IMG/VR virus record: IMGVR_UViG_3300045988_115635
Span: 1-64,000 of that record
DNA length: 64,000 nt
Origin: a virus
Reading direction: 5' to 3' (one strand)
Shown: positions 57,806 to 64,000 of the stretch, piece by piece
Numbering within the stretch: position 1 is the first letter of the stretch
Layout: every line of letters begins with the position of its first letter
Translations under genes and position numbers: made by a program
Notes under the pieces: model-generated
Seen by the model: only the letters and a program-made list of their open reading frames with translations
Database searches by the model: none
What the model was told of the DNA's origin: nothing

Positions 57806-59704
57806 CTATGATTCTCTTGATATTGAGTATAGAAATAGTTCGCTTGCTAACTCTCCAAACATACTTTCTTTTTCAATATCCATAGCCATATAAACATGTC
57901 TGTCTTTAATCATAATAGGTGCTTGTACTTCGATATTAATAGCACCGTCACTGCTCTGTGTTTGATCATAACCTGTAGCTATCGTATTGTTTAATGCTGT
58001 AGCGTACCCTGTAACACCAAGGTCAATATAAAAGGACCTATCATGATCTTCAATATAGCCTGCTTTTACCGTGAGAGAGTAAATATACTCTCGTGTCTCT
58101 GTAGCGCTTTCTCCAAATAAATCTAAAAATGGATATGTTCTAGTGCTAGTAGTATCATCGACTAAATAGCCACATCGACCAATTAAGCAAAGATAACGCC
58201 CACCATCATTTACTATATTTGTAACTGCGTTTATAGTATCGTCTGTCATATTAGACACCATAAACAAGCAAGTAGCAGCGTTACGATTATATTTTTCTTC
58301 TAGGCTCAAATCATCATCAAATAAGATGCGTAGCCTATGGCTAGTTTTATCAACAATTAGTGATGCCATTGAGTACCATGATTCCATATAGTCAATGTTT
58401 GCTTCGCTTTGCCAGTGACTAGCGTTTAATGATTGCATGGACAAAACTAAGCCATCATAGTCGCTGTTATTTACATTAGTAATTCTATATTTATCCATTG
58501 CGCGCCAAAGTTCTTCTGTAACTTCATCAGATAAAACTTTGTAATCATCATAATCACCAACAATAACTTGATTTGCTCCATATTTAGCAAGGATAGAAAA
58601 CATGCCATAAGGCTGTGTAATATCTGGTACAGATAAATCAAAAATAGGCTTACATTGCTCACCTAAGCGGCAACAGATAGCTACGCATGCTTCAAAACTT
58701 CTTAATTCACTTTGGGGGTCTGCACTGTGTTGATAAGCAATAGGCATACCAGCATAAGACCAGCCATAGCCGCCGAAACTAGAATCAATACCACTTCTTG
58801 CATACCCTAAGCCGTCAGAATCTACTAGACAATATGCATAATCAGGAACGATAGCTATTAAGCCTGTAATGCCTATCTTATCCTTGATAGCTTGACACAA
58901 TAAACGTTGTTCTTGTGATAAAAATTCACGCCATAATAAATAATTATCATCAATGCCGTTTACTATATAATTATCGCTAGGCATGATTCTATTTTGAGAA
59001 TAAAAGTTTTTATCAGCTATAGGATTTCTGTCATATGCAAGACCAGCTAGACCGATACCATCTAAGCAATAGCTTGTGATGTCGCTACCATACTTCAATC
59101 TAAGTTCATCTATTAAAGCTACGATAGCGTCTTTTGCTCCACTTGCAGACCACTTACGCGAACGTACACCTGTGTTGGTCTGTTGCTGGTAGGTAGCAAA
59201 ATCATCATTGGTTGTGTCGCTCCAAATTTCAGATGATAAAGCTACGGTAACAGCAACATTGTTGTTTCTAAATCTGTCTAATAGCTGCTTTAAAATTGGT
59301 TGACTTTTAAGACCGTAATTTTCACAAATATCACTGTCCCAGTAAACAAAACCATTATCAGCTACTGTTAATAAGACCTCATCAAAACCAGCAGATACAA
59401 TATCATCTACTACTGCTCGCTCTTTGCCTATACAACGCGATGCGTTAAGCCTGATAACGTAACGCATTACATTGATATTTCCATTTGTGACTTTATTCCA
59501 TAAACGCCACTTGTTAGAAGCTACCTTAGAGATAAGCCAAACTTCATTTACCTTTGGAGGGGTTTCCGTATTGGATAAGTCAAAATTTATAGTAAGCGTA
59601 CCTGCTTGTGTTTTGCAGGTGATGCCGTTTGAACCTACATTTACGATTTGTACGACCTGCATTTGGTCGCCGCTAAGACCTCTATCCATTGTTATTTCTC
59701 CCAA
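57806..59704 (-). CDS. tail/baseplate protein (632 aa)
   Basis: ORF in the tail block. Confidence 0.5.
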   Translation of the reverse strand: MGEITMDRGLSGDQMQVVQIVNVGSNGITCKTQAGTLTINFDLSNTETPPKVNEVWLISKVASNKWRLWNKVTNGNINVMRYVIRLNASRCIGKERAVVDDIVSAGFDEVLLTVADNGFVYWDSDICENYGLKSQPILKQLLDRFRNNNVAVTVALSSEIWSDTTNDDFATYQQQTNTGVRSRKWSASGAKDAIVALIDELRLKYGSDITSYCLDGIGLAGLAYDRNPIADKNFYSQNRIMPSDNYIVNGIDDNYLLWREFLSQEQRLLCQAIKDKIGITGLIAIVPDYAYCLVDSDGLGYARSGIDSSFGGYGWSYAGMPIAYQHSADPQSELRSFEACVAICCRLGEQCKPIFDLSVPDITQPYGMFSILAKYGANQVIVGDYDDYKVLSDEVTEELWRAMDKYRITNVNNSDYDGLVLSMQSLNASHWQSEANIDYMESWYSMASLIVDKTSHRLRILFDDDLSLEEKYNRNAATCLFMVSNMTDDTINAVTNIVNDGGRYLCLIGRCGYLVDDTTSTRTYPFLDLFGESATETREYIYSLTVKAGYIEDHDRSFYIDLGVTGYATALNNTIATGYDQTQSSDGAINIEVQAPIMIKDRHVYMAMDIEKESMFGELASELFLYSISRES

Positions 59705-61107
59705 GAAACCATACCAGGAAAACGTGTATCCCCTGCTTTACATTGAGGGCATAAAAGGCTTACAGACGTTGAATAGCCACCTGCACCTGGTCCGCCGCTA
59801 TGTTGAACACCTGTTACATAACCAGACAAACCTAAACTTTTGACCTTAATTCTCATGCCGGGCCATATATTAGGCATCCATGTTATCTGAATTGTCATTT
59901 TGTACTGATTTGCCCAGTTTGTCATAAATTCATACAAGGCATAAAGAAACGGCAAAATATATTGAGGATTGCTCTCTGAACCACCTGCGTTTTCTCCACC
60001 TGCTGCTGTGTCTCCACTTGGTGATTCAATTACGTGTTGTAATTGCTTCTTAGCAGGTCTAGCACCATAGCGTCTATATAGCTCTCTAGGAGTAAATCTC
60101 CACTCTTCACCCTCGGGAATGTTAATAAGTTTCTTTAATAAAGCACTAGGTTCATCAGAAATGCTATCTTCACCAATTTCAGATAAAGCAGACGAAGCAG
60201 AAGCAGCTAGGTTACTTTCAATAGATACAACGCCTTGTGTCAACGCCCATTGCATATCTGATGTTTGCCCACTACTGCCTAAATACTGTCCGCCTACGTT
60301 TACACCTGCGCAAAATTGATGTGAAACGAATGTATCTTCTGATTGAGTAATCTTTAAGTCTATAAGTTCAATATCATCTAATAGCAAACAAGGAGTATTA
60401 CCAGATACGCCCCAGTAATCAGGATACCAAGCCATAAAGCTACCATCTGGACCAGCCATAACGGTACGCATAGAAGAATTAAAAATATCTTTGATTGTAT
60501 TCCACACGGGTTCATCGTTTGCTAAAGCGCGTTCACCTACTAAAACCTGTGAAGCCGCACTATTCATCACATTACCGAAAGAAGATGCAAAGAACCAAGC
60601 CGTAGAAGCTAGTGAGCCTGAACTTGATGATGTATCAGTACCGCCTTGTGCTTGTGCTTCTTCTACACTTGTAGCATCACCGCCGTACTGAATATCAGTA
60701 ATGCCATCTTTCGACTGAACAAATCTAGGGGTTATAAACATAAAACTGTCATTGTCAGTAGTGTTTACTGATAGACAATTTTCATTAGCTAAGTCTTTTA
60801 AGTCTCCTAGTTTGCCACTGTCTGATAGGGTAAATTCCCAAGCAATACCCCAGCCAAAATAATGGATATATTTCAAAAATTTATCATTGCCGTTGTTTGC
60901 CCAATTTTGAGCAGTCTCTTTCTTAACACGACCAGAATAGCCAAGGTTTACGGTAATACCATTATCTTTTTCGACCTTGCCAACAAACTCACGTACAGCG
61001 TTTTTAAAAGCACCCTGTAAGCCGTCTTGCCCCTCGCCTGTAGTCGTGCTTGTGTCTACGCCAGCATATTTATCATCGTCTGTAGGAACAAAGTATTTTC
61101 CTAACAT
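59692..61107 (-). CDS. tail/baseplate protein (471 aa)
   Basis: ORF, translationally coupled. Confidence 0.5.
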   Translation of the reverse strand: MLGKYFVPTDDDKYAGVDTSTTTGEGQDGLQGAFKNAVREFVGKVEKDNGITVNLGYSGRVKKETAQNWANNGNDKFLKYIHYFGWGIAWEFTLSDSGKLGDLKDLANENCLSVNTTDNDSFMFITPRFVQSKDGITDIQYGGDATSVEEAQAQGGTDTSSSSGSLASTAWFFASSFGNVMNSAASQVLVGERALANDEPVWNTIKDIFNSSMRTVMAGPDGSFMAWYPDYWGVSGNTPCLLLDDIELIDLKITQSEDTFVSHQFCAGVNVGGQYLGSSGQTSDMQWALTQGVVSIESNLAASASSALSEIGEDSISDEPSALLKKLINIPEGEEWRFTPRELYRRYGARPAKKQLQHVIESPSGDTAAGGENAGGSESNPQYILPFLYALYEFMTNWANQYKMTIQITWMPNIWPGMRIKVKSLGLSGYVTGVQHSGGPGAGGYSTSVSLLCPQCKAGDTRFPGMVSWEK

Positions 61108-62240
61108 TAAGAACCTCCAAATTGTGAGAATGCCGCCTGTGCATAAGCAACACGCTGTTCCATTCTTGGAATAGAAGCGCGTGTATATACTCGTTCAAAG
61201 GCTTCTGTTGCCCAAGGAATATCGGTTAATGCTTTGAATTGGTCAAAGGTCATTTTTTCAGCAATCCACGCTTGCGCGCCACTAGGATAGGTATATACGC
61301 CGTGTCCTGTATAAGCATCAAATTGGCTAGGTGCTTCTTGTACAAAGTATAGTAGCTGTGATTGAATATCTGTCCAATCTGCACCTCTTTGTGATGCGAA
61401 CTGACAAAGCGAATTGAAACGGTCTGAACCAACTTCCCATTGAAGTAAGCCACGACCAGGACCGCCGCCGCTCTGACACTTTGCAGGGTCAACACCTGAT
61501 TCTTGTTGCATATTGCCAATAACGCCAGCAGCAGCTTGTTTTGTAAAACCTTGCGACAAACAAAAATTCCAAACGATTTCTGCGTTGGTATTTCCTGAAA
61601 AATCAGCAGCACCCGCAACACCTGAAGCAGCAGTACCGATTTTCGGTCCTGATGTTTGAAGCATTTCGTAAATATTGTTAACAAGGTCTGCACCCTGTGT
61701 ATCTTCAAGCCTTACTTGGTACATATCAGTTGCCCACTGAATAACTTCATCGGGTATTTGACCAATAGATATTTTATTTGCGGGCCAATTAGCTACTGCC
61801 TGTAAAAGTCTTACGCCTTTTTTCCAATAGCCACCATCTTGGCTTGTATTATCTTGCTGCGAGAATACTAACCAATAAGAATCTTCTAGGTTGGGGTCCC
61901 AGTACAGCCTTTGAAGCCTAAATAGAACATCTCTGCCTGTGATAGTAACCTCGCCTGCATTCAAATTAAAGTAAGGTACTGTTTGAATATATCCTGCCAA
62001 CACTTGATATTTTTCGCTTTTTGTCAACCAAATAGCTATTTTATCCATAGGCGAGAATACACCCATGTACTTGTTCTTTTCATTTTTCAAAGTAATAGAA
62101 AAGTCTGAACTATCATCTGTTTTAAGGTTAATTGAAAAACGAACAATATCATCTGATACGTCATAGGCTTTAGTAGAACCATTGCTAACTGTGCCTATTT
62201 GAGCGTGAATCATTGGCGTATATGTAAGTATCTTAGTCAT
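61107..62240 (-). CDS. tail protein with C-terminal phage tail-lysozyme-like domain
   Basis: AAGVIGNMQQESGVDPAKCQSGGGPGRGLLQW matches the tail tip lysozyme signature; N-terminal ~200 aa paralogous to the gene at 63056+. Confidence 0.55.
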   Translation of the reverse strand: MTKILTYTPMIHAQIGTVSNGSTKAYDVSDDIVRFSINLKTDDSSDFSITLKNEKNKYMGVFSPMDKIAIWLTKSEKYQVLAGYIQTVPYFNLNAGEVTITGRDVLFRLQRLYWDPNLEDSYWLVFSQQDNTSQDGGYWKKGVRLLQAVANWPANKISIGQIPDEVIQWATDMYQVRLEDTQGADLVNNIYEMLQTSGPKIGTAASGVAGAADFSGNTNAEIVWNFCLSQGFTKQAAAGVIGNMQQESGVDPAKCQSGGGPGRGLLQWEVGSDRFNSLCQFASQRGADWTDIQSQLLYFVQEAPSQFDAYTGHGVYTYPSGAQAWIAEKMTFDQFKALTDIPWATEAFERVYTRASIPRMEQRVAYAQAAFSQFGGS

Positions 62241-62253
62241 GCTTATATTTTAG

Positions 62254-63015
62254 CTAGAACTGTTTCCATACGCTAATAAAATAGCACCAAGAACCTTGTG
62301 CTCTTAATTCTTGTTCGCTCCATACTCTCGTATTTTCATGTGATGCTGGGTCATTGATTCTTAAATTACCGTCAGAATCTAACCACATTAAAACTAAGTG
62401 ACCGCCGTAATAAACTGCTCCAAATTGACCAGCCACGCTACACCATACAGTGTGCCCCGCCTTAGCTTCATTTATTGCAAAATCTAGGTCCCACATTTGA
62501 TTTGAAGCCTGTAGCCCTAAAGAATTTCTAGCAAAATCAGCAAAAGCAAGCATATAGTTTAAACCGCCATAGGTACAGCTATCTCCTACAGTATCCCTTA
62601 GCCTTAAAGGTGTAAACTCTTCGCGTGTCCAATACTCAAAAGACATTGCAGCGGTAGTTAATCCGCAACCATTTGAACCTATCGTGTTGCCATGTGCGTA
62701 ACTAACGCCGCTCCATCTCTCATCACCTTGATAATATGCTGGCATGTATCTAGGGTCGTGTTGGTCGTGCCATTCTTCCATTGCCTTTTGATAGGTAGGC
62801 TCAATACATGAATAAGTATCGTTCATAAACGCTGCTAGACTATCAGCAATAGGCTCTAAAGTAGGTCTAGCTAAAGTAGCCTTTTGTTGGTCTAAAGTTA
62901 ATTTTCTATCATCGACAGATGTATTCACGATTGCCGAAAACAGAATAATAGCGGTAATAAATAAGACCAGAAATAGATAAAGAATCTTCTTTAATATGTT
63001 GATAAACTTCTTCAC
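62254..63015 (-). CDS. membrane-anchored C39-like (papain-fold) cysteine peptidase domain protein
   Basis: N-terminal TM; SNGCGLTTAAMSFEYW Cys and GHLVLMWLDSDGNLRINDP His motifs. Confidence 0.5.
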   Translation of the reverse strand: MKKFINILKKILYLFLVLFITAIILFSAIVNTSVDDRKLTLDQQKATLARPTLEPIADSLAAFMNDTYSCIEPTYQKAMEEWHDQHDPRYMPAYYQGDERWSGVSYAHGNTIGSNGCGLTTAAMSFEYWTREEFTPLRLRDTVGDSCTYGGLNYMLAFADFARNSLGLQASNQMWDLDFAINEAKAGHTVWCSVAGQFGAVYYGGHLVLMWLDSDGNLRINDPASHENTRVWSEQELRAQGSWCYFISVWKQF

Positions 63016-63055
63016 CTATTTAATGTTAGGCTTATATATTTTTACCGCTACCTAC

Positions 63056-64000
63056 TTAAACACCCGTAAATCTAAAGTAGTGCGTCCAACCGCCTGAAAT
63101 GTTTACTACAGAAACCTCTGTTCCTGTCTGGTCACCTGCTTGCGGGTTTCCTCGTGAAGAGTGAGCACCCGCTGTTTGTCCGCCACCTATGTACCATTCT
63201 GTGTGTCCACTTCTCCACATAATATCCCCACGTTGCAAGGAGTTAACATCGTTGTTATAGGGGTATTTGGTCCAACCACACCCAGGTAATTGAGAATCCA
63301 TAGAGTAGGTTGTAAAAGCGTAAGAGCCTAATTGATCTTGTGTCCAACCATTGTTGAGCAGCGAGTAATAGACAAGTGACGAACAGTCATAGTCAGGATT
63401 GCCTGTACGATTTGCCTGTGAATAGCCATGAGAATCATCATTGCATATGTTGATTGCCCACTGTACAGCCGCTTCAACTGCTTCTGATGATGCTGTACCT
63501 GTAAAGCCTGTCGTTCCTGTTGTACCAATTTGAGGACCAGACGTTTTTAGCATTTCATAAATCTGATTTACTAAATCCGCGCCTTGTGTATCCTCTAATT
63601 TTGTTTGATACATTTGCACGGCCCACTCAACAACATCTTCTGGCATTTGACCAATAGATATTTTGTTGGGGTCCCAATTTGCTACTGTTGTTAAAACATT
63701 TACACCCGAACGCCAGTATTCCTCATTGCTAGTCCACAGTGAAGAATCATTCATCAGTAATAATTGTGATGATACTAAACCGCTATCCCAGTAAAGAGCG
63801 TTTAATCTGTATAGGGTGCATTTGCCCTGTATGTTAAAGTCGCTGCCATATAAGGACCAAAAATCACATGTAGTTATATAGCCTGCAAATACAGGTGTTT
63901 CATCTGACTTTACTAGACTAATTACAATTCTATCCATAGGCGTGAAAACGCCATTATATTTTGACTTCTTATTTTGAAGTGAGATTGAAAAGGTTGAGCA
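63056..64000 (-). CDS. tail protein with C-terminal NlpC/P60-like endopeptidase domain (5' end beyond window)
   Basis: DYDCSSLVYYSL and C-terminal GHTEWYIGG; the reading frame continues open past 63937 to the window end and matches the N-terminus of the 61107-62240 protein. Confidence 0.55.
   Translation of the reverse strand, partial: CSTFSISLQNKKSKYNGVFTPMDRIVISLVKSDETPVFAGYITTCDFWSLYGSDFNIQGKCTLYRLNALYWDSGLVSSQLLLMNDSSLWTSNEEYWRSGVNVLTTVANWDPNKISIGQMPEDVVEWAVQMYQTKLEDTQGADLVNQIYEMLKTSGPQIGTTGTTGFTGTASSEAVEAAVQWAINICNDDSHGYSQANRTGNPDYDCSSLVYYSLLNNGWTQDQLGSYAFTTYSMDSQLPGCGWTKYPYNNDVNSLQRGDIMWRSGHTEWYIGGGQTAGAHSSRGNPQAGDQTGTEVSVVNISGGWTHYFRFTGV

Overview
Low-GC (Firmicutes-like) segment of a large tailed-phage genome, almost entirely transcribed on the minus strand. 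Read leftwards (the direction of transcription) it contains: a tail/baseplate morphogenesis block (63056+ down to 47475; gp25/W-like and baseplate-J-like proteins, a 1290-aa tail protein, three consecutive peptidoglycan-hydrolase-type tail proteins). Next is a DNA replication/recombination block (SNF2 helicase, DnaC-like loader, DnaB-like helicase, primase, J-domain protein, SSB-like protein, DnaE-type pol III alpha, RecA-like ATPase, two PD-(D/E)xK nucleases, ThyX). Then comes a long run of small early genes (dUTPase, HNH endonuclease, C5 cytosine methyltransferase, a PAPS-reductase-family protein, two Lar-like restriction-alleviation paralogs, many Cys4 zinc-ribbon mini-proteins) and a tRNA-Arg(UCU). 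The left end (1-7900) is the interesting part. It holds the 5' part of a collagen-like (Gly-X-Y) tail-fibre gene and a divergently oriented small tyrosine recombinase. It also holds what looks like a multi-cassette DNA-inversion shufflon: seven copies of an asymmetric TTCTATAT-core site and six promoterless, start-less C-terminal cassettes on the plus strand. Opposing them is one properly initiated 152-aa gene on the minus strand that carries the site in inverted orientation inside its codons 34-37. The GH25/CW_7/LysM endolysin sits inside this shufflon. Six intergenic copies of a canonical Firmicutes LexA (Cheo) box, each embedded in a CTCAATAAATTTATTGAG palindrome, and four copies of a conserved promoter-like element punctuate the minus-strand operons. 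Coordinates of hand-located motifs may be off by 1-2 nt.
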